Assembly: GCA_002269645.1 (NCBI GenBank)
Contig: NIVC01002189.1
Span: forward strand, 166,925 to 230,924
DNA from: Macrostomum lignano
Lineage: Eukaryota
Length of the DNA stretch: 64,000 nucleotides
Reading direction: 5' to 3'
In this document: one piece after another, positions 40,601-51,812 of the stretch
How positions within the stretch are numbered: position 1 is the first letter of the stretch
Layout: the number at the start of each line of letters is the position of its first letter
Notes under the pieces: model-generated
What the model was told of the DNA's origin: nothing
Seen by the model: only the letters and a program-made list of their open reading frames with translations
The model's database searches: none
Translations under genes and position numbers: made by a program

Positions 40601-43600
40601 AGGTAAGAATAATAGTTTCGTTTTGTGCTCTGAGCAGCCTATCAGATAATCTCTCAGACACGAAATACGCTGCTTCAATCATAACTTCAGTTGCTACGAC
40701 AAGGACTTTCCGCACCAGTGGCGTTACGTTCAGTCGATTCAGTGCGCGGATGTGACCCACTTTCCCATCACTTTGGTCGCCGTTCCAGTCGAAGGCTTCA
40801 ATGAAGACTGGGTGAGCTTCAAATGAAAACTACTTGTATTCAATAAGACACCTAGGCTCAGAAAGAGACAGATTTTTTAAACCGGAATTTGAATTCAAAC
40901 ATTCTCAGGTATTCGAGACTACACTCCGGGAAGTAAAGGTGGACTCCAACGTACAAGCTCAAGTGCAGTATTGGGCGGAGCACGATTACGTAAGTTGCTT
41001 GTTCGCCATTTGCTTTAGGAATAGACTACTTCAAGTACAGTACGGGTACAAGTACTGTAAAACAAATAACAACTGCTTACTTGTTTGTAGATGTTTGCCA
41101 TTGACGCGTTGGACCGGTGCACCAAGGCGGACTTCATGGAGGTCAGTGTTAGCTGAATCTGACATGCAATCTGAATCTGAATGCACAGATTATCTTAACA
41201 GTTGTAAATGCTTATTCTGTTCTTTCAGTTGCGCTCCCTTTCGGCTCCGCCGTCCGTCGTAGTGACCACAATGAAGTGCGTTATGCTCATATTCGACATT
41301 CCATTCACGGAAGACGACGCCTGGCCAACGGCAAAGAACCTCGTGTCGGAGACGCGCTTTCTGTTGCGATTCAAGGACACGAATTACATTGTGAGAAACT
41401 TGGTGAACTAATCTAAAATTTTCCTGATTCGTCCTTAAGTCAAACCCAACAAATCCGCTTTCAGACGGAGTCTCTCTCGGGCAGACACGCCAAGCTGTTG
41501 GCGGACCTGACCGCCCTTGTTCCAGAGTGGGAGACCTTTGGAGAAACTGTGAGAGTTGCTTCTTTCTTCTGCGTATTTAATTTATAATTCCTAAAAACAG
41601 CGCTCATCTCGCAGGTGAAACGGTGGTTCAACATTATCAACTGCATGTGGCTCTACGTGTACGCGGTGATCAAGTACCTGCTGTTGGTGAAGGAGCACGA
41701 GCGGGAGCTGAATCCGGCTGGAGCAGCCGCGGCTGAGTCAGCGGGAATCGAAAAGGAGGTAAAAGTACATTGTGACGTTTAGACTGGCGGGAACTATTGA
41801 TATTTACTCCACAGCGAATGAGAAATCTATTCTAGGGACTTATTACTAACGAGTAGTGCGAAACTAAAATGAGAAACGAATCACAAACAGTAATTCGTTT
41901 CAGCAGTCTAACATAACAAAGTTCGTTCCTTGTTTCACTTGCATGTAGAATTTAGAGGCTCAGGTGTCAGCATGAGCGTCACTGCTTACCCCTCTTTACT
42001 GCTGCGGGTGAACTGTAGCCTTGATGTGCAATTTGCGATTTCCACTTCCCTCCTCACCTGTCTACCTCAGAGCAATCGTCTGGCGCGTCACGTGACCCAA
42101 CTGGCCAGAACAGCCGCCGAGTCGCTGCAGCTGTGGGAGACGCGTCGCCTCACCGAGTCCAACTGGCAACTGGCTGATCGGCTGAGCGACTTTCTGGCTG
42201 CTCAGCAGTCGCAACAACAGCAGCAGCAGTCGTGGCGGCGAATCTTCCCACTGAATGTGCTGATGTCTGAGCTGGGCCTGCCGCAGCGGGAGAGCCGGCG
42301 GATGGTGGCGCTGCTGAAGAAGCTGCATCAAATGGTGCGGGATTGCTGGACTGTGCGCCTTGGTCTGCCCAAAGAATGGAAGGATAGAAAAAAACATATA
42401 TTTTGATAGATTCAGTAGAATTTCGTATGAAACATTTATTATCTTTCCAAAGGGTTCATTTGCTACTATGCACTTGTTACTACGAGTAGTAAAACTCTCG
42501 ATAAGATAATCACAGTTCCTGCAAAATTCAATCGCAGGGCAAGCTGCTCTTCTTCCCGGAAGGGACGAACCAGCCAGTGGTGCTGGACCTGGCCTGGTTC
42601 ATGGCCTGTCTCGCCCATCTCGATGCCATCGCCGACTACCGCAACGGCGACAGCTGCTGGACGCTCGGCCGCAATGTGCCGGCCCTCAGCGAGGCGGAGC
42701 TGCGCGCTGAACTACTGGCTGCCGGAGCCACCGAGGATGAAGTGAGTCATGCATTTTGTGAGCTATTTAATACTAATTACTGACAAAGCTCAAAAGGCAA
42801 CAGTATGACTATTGACTAGTGATTCCTCAAGGCTGCCACCACGGAAATGAAGTATGTCTCTGGAAATGCAAATTTCCCTAAGACTTTTCTGTTTATTTGC
42901 TTTAGAACGACTTAGCCCGTGTTTTTCTGTTGTTTATGAAGTTGTTTTCATGTGTCTGGTGCTGTCGGACAAGCCATCTGGTTAATGTTTACGACGTGCG
43001 CACAGATGGCTTCAAATAGCAATCTGATGCACTAAATCGTTGACCATAACGTTTCTAAGGTATCGAGGGTCCATCATATTAGTAATAACTTAATGCTTAG
43101 CGATGCAAAAACCAAACTTCCGCAGGCTGAGACCTTACGCCGCATCCTCCTTCGCTTCGGCCTGCTCGGCCACACGGACACGGTTCGCGAGTCCACCCAG
43201 GCCGGCCGGGTCGCCCGCCTTCAGCACGCGGCGGAGGTCTCGAGCCGGCGCTACTTCCTCTGGTCGCGCCTGGAGCCCCGCGTGTCCATCCGGTTCAGCG
43301 CCACGGAAGAGAAGCTTTCCATGCGGCACCACAAGAGCATGTACATGCCGGACCTGCAGTCCGAGGACTTCCCACCCGGCGACATTTGCCTGCTGTTCTC
43401 CGTGAAGTTCCGCGTCGGCTTTCCGGCCAACCTGCTGGCGAGGTTCGCCACCGCCTGCATGCAGAGTCCCGTGGCCACCGGCGTGGTGCAGGTGTGGCGC
43501 ACCGGGATGCACGTGCAGCGCGGAGTCTGCGACATCCTCTGCACCTACGGCCTGCATTCAAGTAAGCCCTGGGTGTGGCAGGCAGAGCAGCTCAGCGGTA

Positions 43601-46600
43601 AACGCGTTCAACTCAAAGTCGATCCTGTGCGCGGCCACATTAATTTGGGACTCGAGCGCAAAAATCTGATTCGTGCTGCGCAGCTCGCCCCATGGCCATC
43701 CGTCCCCGACCCCAAGGGCACAGAGAGTGTACATGTTTGACAACGAAAAGGTTAGGGCCGAGTGTGTGCCTGCGAGCGCAGGGGCTTTAGCCCAGTGGTC
43801 CAGCGAAGCGCTCTGATGTGCCAGGCTCGATTCCAAGTGCAGTCGCATTAATTTGGGGCTGAATTGGAATCTCGGCTTGGCTCTGCTCGTGTAAATAACG
43901 TCCTTGATGGCCAACCCTGAAGGCACAGTGAAGTGTACATGCCTAACGATAAATTAAGTTAGGGCCGCTGTACACTCCTGTGTGAGTGTGTGCCGTGCCT
44001 GTGCGTATGACTGCGTACGTATCCGCGCGCTTGTGTGCCTGCTCAGGGGAGTCGGCGGAATGGGCAGTAATGCCTCTCGCCAGCTGTGTGAAATGGTTGG
44101 GTGCACACAGCCCCTGCCTCTAATAAAAATAGTATGCCTGCGCTGAAGGGTCTGAAGGGTCCTCCGCTTGATCCACGGCAGCGCCCAAAGCCACTCCACC
44201 ACAGTGCTGAATAGCAAAAAGTTCCGATTCTCTCTAAAGATTTAAAAATTCTGCGGGAAGCTGAATGCATGCCTATCTCTTTTTATCGCAAGTTACCGCA
44301 GCCATAATTTGCGCTTTCACCTCCTTCCTGGGCATAATTAAAATAATGATTTTTAAGTCACGTTTGAAATCTCATTTGCTTCGACAATTGACATCCAAAA
44401 TGAATGAGATAATTTTGTTTGTCTCATTAGTTTGTCTCTAATTTTATTTTTCCATTTGTGATGGAGCTACTCCATAATAGCGTAAATTGGGAATGCATAA
44501 ATGAGCCGCCTCAATCATTCTTTTTCCTTCACTGTTATTCCGTGACCCAGCTACAGCTACGCTAAACGGGAGGGATAAGCTTTGTGGTTTTCTCTGAGCA
44601 GTGTTTACCTTTGCAAAACGACTCCTAAAATCCGCACCGCACCGCAGCCCTGGCTTCGTCTTCCATTGACTTCGAGTGCCGCATGAATGAAACTGTGCCA
44701 GGGGCCAACAGTGACTCGCTCAAAGAGTACATCTGGTCCTGCTTCAGCGACCTGCTGACCACCTTGGAGTCCGTGGCTGCCGAGTATCCCTACCTGCATC
44801 ACAAGGTGCGTTTTTTATAGAGCATTAATTATTGCTTCATCATAATTACATGTATGCGTGCATACAGGCTTTAAGGTGCTTAGAAGTTCGCAATGAACAG
44901 TGTAATGACGTGCAACGCGTATTTAGATGTGAGGCAAGGTTTGGTGAAGGGTGATCTGAGTGAGGGGCCATCGAAGGTAATTGACGGTAGGAGAAATGGT
45001 TTGCCGTTTGTTGTGTAGATTAGTGGTCTCAGTACTAACTACAACTTAACTGGCACCAACCCAGCAACTTACCGCAACCCAAATGTCTACAATCCAACCG
45101 AACACAACCCATCCGATCATAACCAAATACCTAACAACAACTCAACTGACCACAACCTCACTGGCCGCAACCCAATTGACCACAACCTCACTGGCCGCAA
45201 CCCAATTGACCACAACCTCACTGGCCGCAACCCAACTGACCACAACCTCACTGGCCGCAACCCAATTGACCACAACCTCACTGGCCGCAACCCAATTGAC
45301 CACAACCTCACTGGCCGCAACCCAACTGACCACAACCTCACTGGCCGCAACCCAATTGACCACAACCTCACTGGCCGCAACCCAACTGACCACAACCTCA
45401 CTGGCCGCAACCCAATTGACCACAACCTCACTGGCCGCAACCCAATTGACCACAACCTCACTGGCCGCAACCCAACTGACCACAACCTCACTGGCCGCAA
45501 CCCAATTGACCACAACCTCACTGGCCGCAACCCAACTGACCACAACCTCACTGGCCGCAACCCAATTGACCACGACCCAACCGGATCAACTCCGCAGCTG
45601 CGAGTCTACTGCCGCGGTGAATGCTTTCACTCGGGCCTAAAGAACACCTTTTCGGTACCGGAGGTCGGCCGGACCCTCGCCAACCACAAGAGCTGCAGCA
45701 AGTGCCGCGCCAAGCAGATGACCGACGCCGAGTGGCGCTTCATGTGGTACCGTCTGGCGCCGTTTCCGCAGCACGACTGGATGGACCGATACCAGAACTC
45801 CTTCTCCTGCGAGCACTGCTTCTTGTGGAAGAACACCGTGGCGAAGATGTGGCGCCACTTCTGTCGTGTCTACCCGACCTTCGCGTCCAAGGCATTCGAC
45901 GTGGTGTCTGGCCTGCCAGCCTCTTTGCAGGGCAACCTGCTGGTCGCGGCCAGCCGGCCCAGATTCGACGAAGAAAAGTCTTCGGATCAGCCGGTGACGC
46001 TGGAGACGCTGCTCCGGTCTCGCCTGCCGATGCGGCACGCCAGCTTCGACCACCTGGAGGTCAGCTTCCTGCACCGTCCCGGCTGCGAACAGGCCGTCTG
46101 GTTGGCCCTGCATGACGACGCCAGTGAGGACGCCATCATTGGCCTGACGCTTCGCGATCGTCAGCTGAAGTTTAGCTTGAAGAAAAGCGCTCTTCACGAC
46201 TGGGAGTTTGTCAGGCAACTTGAGGACGACAGTCTGCCCGCTGACGAGCCGATCACGGATGTGGTGCTCAGAATCACCGGCTGCTGCTACAACGACCACT
46301 ACGATGTTAGCCGTCATTTAATCTTATTCTCTGATCAACTGCTTCTAATAGTTGTAAAGATGTAAAACCCTGTATAAAGACACCCAAATCGATACTTTTA
46401 AGCCTTACGGAATCGAAAATATTTTGTATTCTCTGATACGCTCGTAGAAGTGGCTGTATTCCTGAATTTTGTTCAGGCGTGACGGGGGGGGCAATCGTCT
46501 TTTTAGTTTATTTAAGTAGCGATATACTCCCAGAGTAGTGCAGTCCCAGACCATTTTGGCGATGCTAGTGCAGTCCCAGACCATTTTGGTGATGCTCGTG

Positions 46601-48628
46601 CAGTCCCAGACCATCTGAGTGATGCTAGTGCAGTCCCAGACCATTTTGGCGATGCTAGTGCAGTCCCAGACCATCTGAGCGATGCTAGTGCAATCCCAGA
46701 CCATTTTGGCGATGCTAGTGCAGTCCCAGACCATTTTGGTGATGCTCGTGCAGTCCCAGACCATCTGAGTGATGCTAGTGCAGTCCCAGACCATTTTGGC
46801 GATGCTAGTGCAGTCCCAGACCATCTGAGCGATGCTAGTGCAGTCCCAGACCATTTTGGCGATGCTAGTGCAGTCCCAGACCATCTGAGCGATGCTAGTG
46901 CAGTCCCAGACCATCTGAGCGATGCTAGTGCAGTCCCAGACCATCTGAGCGATGCTAGTGCAGTCCCAGACCATCTGAGCGATGCTAGTGCAGTCCCAGA
47001 CCATTTTGGGCGATGCTTGTGCAGTCCCAGACCATTTGTGTTATTCTGTTCGAGTGTTTGACACTGCAGACGCAATTGACTATAAAAAAACTCATTTCAG
47101 TGCTACTTCAACCAACTGGAAGTTTCAATCAACAGCGAAGTTTTGCTGCGAGCTCCCATAACGGATCAGCTGTACGCTTTTGTGCGAGCTCGCTACCCGC
47201 TCGAGGAGCAAGAGCCTTCATCCGAAAGTCGGAACCTGGCCATTCTGGGCTGTCCGCAGTTTGCGGTAATTTTATTTCATTTTTCAAGCCTCTAGGACGA
47301 ATTCAAAAAATGACAGAATGCATCTTTGTACCATACGGGTTCTACGCTCCAGTCAAATTAGTTGATTCACGTCGTTCGCATTTTCATATCTTGTTTGTAG
47401 TGGCGTCAACTTTTTATGTTCGGGCATATTGCACTGGATAAAATGTGTTACCTATTGCGCAAAGAAATTTAGTGAAGTAACCTTTATGATGCTCTCGAGC
47501 TGGGCCCAGCAAAAATAAAAGTACGCATAACGAACTGGGCACTCTAAATTCGTGATTGTTTCTACACTGTCCGCAGCACGTTTCCACCTTGCACTTCCAT
47601 CCCGGCATGCTGCTGCTGTTCCGCACCGGAGTCGGTCAGACCTGGTTGCCGGGCGTCGTCACCAGCATCCGCGACGGCCTTCTGGAGGTGGCGCCGCCGG
47701 AGGATCTGCAGCACGGCAGGCTGTTCGCTGTCGACTCTGACGACATCCGGCCGTTGGGCTTTTACCCGGAGGAGATCAACGCCGTAGTTGACAAGAGTGA
47801 GCAGATAAAACACTTCTCGTTCAGCTGATAGCATTGCTTAAGTCTTGGATGTACTTTAAGTCTAAAGGTCAATGCCAAAATTCCGCAGAACAACTGAAGG
47901 GCTTCGATCAGTGGTACGACTATCTGTCGGCTTACCCCACATATCTGCCCGTGCCGTTTGGAAACTTTCAATACCTGGACGTGAGTCTTGCTTGATTAAT
48001 TTTCACGCTTTTTGCACCTGGCAAGACATTGGCGAAGTTTCTGTAGTTTGAAATTAGAAATTATATTTTTTAAATAAGCTTCGTCGAATCGTCGGTGTTC
48101 ACCTATGCGCCTAATCAGCAGGTGGGTATGCCAAGGAGCTCTCAGTCAATATTATGGCAAGACTTCTGTAGCGAAGTATTAGAATTCAATGTAGAATGCC
48201 GCGTAGGCAAGGTTTGATAGCGAAAAATAAATTCAACTGTCGGACGGACTTTGACGAGGCTTAAGCCGCAGTCCCGACGCCTGACTTGAATGCTAATTCA
48301 GCTCTGGTTGGTGAAGAGAGACTGCTGACATCTGCCTGAACCCAGCGCTGACCTGGCCTGGCGCAACTCTCTCTCCCACCACTTCAGAGCCAGTACACTC
48401 CGCTGCCCATCCGGCACAAGCAGTCGAGACGCTGCACCTCCAGCGTGAACTCGCCCTACTCCCTGACCGCCGGCCTGACCGTCAAGTGGAACCCGGCCAG
48501 GAATGCCGGCTACTTTGTCGTGCTGCCGGGTACGCTCAAGTCCGAGGACATCTTCATCGCGCCCAGGATAAAGATGCAGTCGCCGAAAGATCAGCGGTTG
48601 CACTTTTTGTGTCGCGGTCTGCAGTGGA
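37669..48628 (+). CDS. ROCO-A: LRR - degenerate Roc with inserted dynein-MTBD-like domain - COR - SPRY-like - MBT-like - NHR-like
   Basis: Phase-consistent GT-AG exons: 37669-37752, 38721-39036, 39646-39899, 40255-40371, 40454-40602, 40691-40811, 40909-40989, 41091-41141, 41229-41390, 41465-41548, 41615-41758, 42071-42334, 42538-42741, 43126-43561, 44648-44805, 45598-46305, 47577-47796, 47889-47980, 48388-48628; a possible short last exon starts near 49142. FBXL-type LRRs (LQQLNLDGCRLLTERSL); COR-like LHQMGKLLFF...VVLDLAWF and FPANLLARF...VWRTG. Confidence 0.8.
38213..38590. repeat. Degenerate ~32-bp minisatellite (ROCO-A intron 1)
   Basis: ATAGACAGTCCAACTGGTACAATATCGATGCC-like units. Confidence 0.85.
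40040..40105 (-). mobile_element. SINE family 1 internal fragment
   Basis: CATTTTACAGCTGGGTGAACTGAAGAAATGCAGAGTTAAGTGTC matches the 30449-30756 copy. Confidence 0.75.
43575..44050 (+). mobile_element. Two tandem diverged copies of a second tRNA-derived SINE-like element
   Basis: A box TAGCCCAGTGG (43788-98) and B-box-like GGCTCGATTCC (43824-34); first copy has CAGCTCAGCGG (43588-98). Shared blocks CATTAATTTGGG, GGCACAG..AGTGTACATG and GTTAGGGCCG at ~205-bp spacing. Confidence 0.5.
45142..45573. repeat. 30-bp minisatellite (GACCACAACCTCACTGGCCGCAACCCAA(T/C)T)
   Basis: About 14 near-perfect units, intronic. Confidence 0.95.
46536..47037. repeat. 30-bp minisatellite (GATGCTAGTGCAGTCCCAGACCATTTTGGC)
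   Basis: About 16 units, intronic. Confidence 0.95.
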
Positions 48629-48895
48629 GTAAGTTGTTATCTAATTGCGTTGCCACCTTGCTTGCTGGATAATTAAAAGGGCAGAGCAGCTCAGTGGTAA
48701 CCGCGTCACATTCAATTGGGGCTGTCGTGCGATCACACCCATGAGAGCCAAACCTCCAAGGCACAGAGAGCGTACACGCTGTACACCTACGTGCTTGTAT
48801 GTTGTATTCAGGAGTCAAGAGTCGCCCAGCACTGCTTGTGGGATGATGTCGAAAGAAGCGTTGCGCCATGATGCCAAAAACCTCCTAAAAATTGC

Positions 48896-49100
48896 TTTTA
48901 CTTTTATTGTACTTATTTTGCCAGCTAGAAGTAATTGACCAAACGGCCAATCTACTGTGTAATTATTCTCGTTCAAGGCAGCAGGTGCAGGTGTGTGTGC
49001 AAAAATTGATTTTACTTTTATTGTACTTATTTTGCCAGCTAGAAGTAATTGACCAAACGGCCAATCTACTGTGTAATTGTTCCCGTTCAAGGCAGCGGGC
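48896..49100. repeat. Two-copy direct repeat, period ~114 bp
   Basis: TTTACTTTTATTGTACTTATTTTGCCAGCTAGAAGTAATTGACCAAACGGCC occurs twice. Confidence 0.9.
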
Positions 49101-49393
49101 GCAGCTGTGTCTCTATTAGGAGATTTTTTCCATTTTTTAAGGCAACTACGAACAGCGCTAAGCAAAATTTAAAACGCATTAAAGATGCTGAAGATTTCCG
49201 AGACAAGAACTGCTTCACTTTTTTACTTTCACACCTGCCTTATCTTGTAAATCTGCAACAAAAAACCAAACGCCTCATCGCGAGGTTGAGGCGCTTAAAA
49301 TGAGGAGGCACCGGCCAGGGAGGGACTGGCGACGCGCGTCTTTTATGAACTGAAAGCGAGCAGAGCTGAGCAGCAGCACTGCGAGACCGGCAT

Positions 49394-49686
49394 TCATTTC
49401 TCTGTCACTGGGTAGAAACCAATGTGCTGGAAGTTCTGCAGGAAGGCCAAATCTTCGGCTGCCGGTGCCGGTGCCTGCGGGTCGGCACCGTGGCACTTGT
49501 AGATGATCTCCATGGCCAGACCGAATGCTTCCGCCGTGATGGTCGGCAGCAGCCGCTCCAGTGTCCGGGTTTGCCGGCTGAGCGCGGGATCCGCGTTGGC
49601 CTCGATCAGCCAGGGCTTGCCGGCCGAGTCCACCAGCACGTCCAGGCCCAGCAGGCTGAACGTGTTCCGGCACGGGTGCCGCTCCC

Positions 49687-49735
<49 letters not shown>

Positions 49736-51001
49736 GCCGCTGCTGTTGCGCCGGTCCTTCTGCACCCGCTGCGCCAGCGCCTCAACCAGGGCGGCCACGA
49801 GCAACTTGACCTTCGGATGCAGCTCCCTGATCGTCCAGTCGTTGCCGAATTCGCTGCTCGGCAGCTGGTTGAGGTAGCTGTTCATCTGCTGCACCGTCCA
49901 GATGGTGTCCTCCTTGTTAGCCTCGTAACCAGACTGTTTGGCCTGCACTGCCTGGTTGGTGAGGTGCGTGTCTAGGCGCTGCTTGTCGCAGACCAGAAAG
50001 TCATTCAGCGCCAGCCGCACGTAGCCGGTGTGGTAGAACGCCAGCAGCCCCGAGCCGGTGGTTACTAGGAGTAGGAAGACGCGCAAGTCGAACTTCTTGC
50101 CGCTGAGCAGCATGGGGTCGGTCATGTAGCACTGCACCACCTTGCCGATGCCCCAGCGGTCGCTGGACAGGCTGCGCAGCATCGCTGCCTCGCCGTCCTC
50201 GCGAAATGCCAACTGAATTCCTTCGCCCTTTGCAAAGTTGTGCGGCTTCACTATCCACACCGGGTGCATGGCCAGGAGGCGCCGGGCCAGCGCCGGCAGA
50301 GAGCTCCGGTCTGTGTCTCGATCAACGATGAATGTAGCCGGTATATGGCTCTGCAGGCAGAGGCTGGTGCTGGAGTGCTTGTGCGCCATGCAGGTGACGG
50401 CCAGTTGGCTCTTGTTGCTGATCAACGTCACCCAGGGTATTCGGTTCATCACCATCGGCCTGTGGCGCTGCTGGCTGGCCGCCATGCACAGGGCATATGT
50501 GCTGGACGACAGGTTGCCCCAGAAGAAAGCGAAGTCGGGCATGGCCGCGAGGGCGGACTGCACGCAGACACAGCTCCACTGCCGGTTGGCTGGGCCACAG
50601 GTACCGACGCTTTTGGCTACGCTGCTGCCGCTGCCGCCGCCGCACATTTTCTCGCTGGGCCTCGGCAGCAGCTGCGGCCAGCCGAGGTGGGCGAAGAACT
50701 CGCGCACATCGGCGGCGCCGTTGCGGTACTCGCACATGAAACCGCCGGCTGGAAGCAGCTGCAGCGGCGGCGGCGGCGCAGAAGCCAGCCGGGACGGTGG
50801 CGCCTGAGGGATTGTCGCCGCGAAGCGGAGCAACTTCTCGGGCACCGAGAAAGTGTTGACTGAGTCGAGCCGGTTCGCTTCCGAGCCCACATTGTTCGAC
50901 TGCTTTGCCGCTGGAACGGGCTGGCGACTGCTGGTCGACTGGCGCTTCTGCGGTTGCTGCGGCTGCGGCTGCGGCTGCGGCTGCTCGAGAAGTCTGCCCA
51001 T
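49394..51001 (-). CDS. TTLL10: Tubulin-tyrosine-ligase-like protein, closest recalled match TTLL10 (polyglycylase); intronless; polyQ tract
   Basis: WIVKP...GEGI; VVQCYMTDPMLLSGKKFDLR; GYVRL; HLTNQ; DTIWTVQQMNSYL; LLGLDVLVD...PWLIEANADPAL (ExN motif intact); (CTG)n at ~49688-49733 encodes a Gln run. Confidence 0.85.
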
Positions 51002-51812
51002 AATAAACCTCCTTTGCCCTTTGATTTCCGGCTAGGCGAGCGGTAGATTAATGAATGTGGCCATAATTCATATTCGGGCGCGAGTTCGTGCAGATTAAAG
51101 GCGGGTGGGCCATAGACTTAAACGGCTCATATGGTAAAAAAAGAGAGATATGATGGTTGACTTCAGGTCCTCAAAGCGCGCTGACTGCTATTTGAGACGT
51201 AAGATGCCTCATAGTTGTCGGTTTAAACTTGTGCTACAGTGCTCAACAGTGCTCCATTTGGGGATTGGAGTGCTTGAGCTCCCGCTGATGTCTCGCGCTG
51301 TGACGTCAATATCAAGCTATACGGCAGATGCTTCTCCCGCCTCATGTGGCTCCGGCTCGCTTGGGGAATTTCTATAATCCCATCGCTTCTCGTTTTGATT
51401 CGCATGACAAGCTGAGGCTAATGGCCTGGATTGCATTGATGCCCTGGGCGGCCGGTTGCCCGAGCCGGAGTCCGCTTGGCTAAAAGCAAGGCCTGCCGCT
51501 AATCCGTTGTCTGATTGACTTTCGGGTAAACTTTTCCGCTGCCTGTTTTTCCCAGTGTTTATGTCGCTCTCTCTTTGCGAACTGCAGCAGGGAGGCGGGA
51601 GTGTCTGTCCCCGGTCCCCGGAACGCACTTGTGCCTAGGCCGGGCTTTCCGGCAGGACTGTCTGATTGCCTGATTATTCAATATTTGCCTGGCCAGTTGC
51701 TCCGGAATTTTGGCTCTTCGATAATCGATTGAATGCGCGGCTTGCTTTTTTGTTTCTTTTTGCTCCCAAATTGCTTCTTAGTTCCCATTTTCTATCGCCG
51801 AATTCGCTCTCA
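51002..51812. promoter_or_regulatory. Probable bidirectional promoter region between TTLL10-like (-) and ROCO-B (+)
   Basis: Divergent start codons ~810 bp apart; inferred from geometry only. Confidence 0.35.

Noticed and set aside
41930-42070. 5' part of ORF 41930-42406 as a possible extra ROCO-A exon
   Set aside because: No phase-0 acceptor fits; 41758 joins 42071 in frame directly.
45083-47075. Long repetitive ORFs (LTTTSLAATQ, MVWDCTSIAQ etc.)
   Set aside because: Translations of intronic 30-bp minisatellites; flanking exons splice in phase without them.
49424-50892. Overlapping plus-strand ORFs (poly-L, poly-C, poly-A)
   Set aside because: Shadow frames of the GC-rich TTLL10-like gene.
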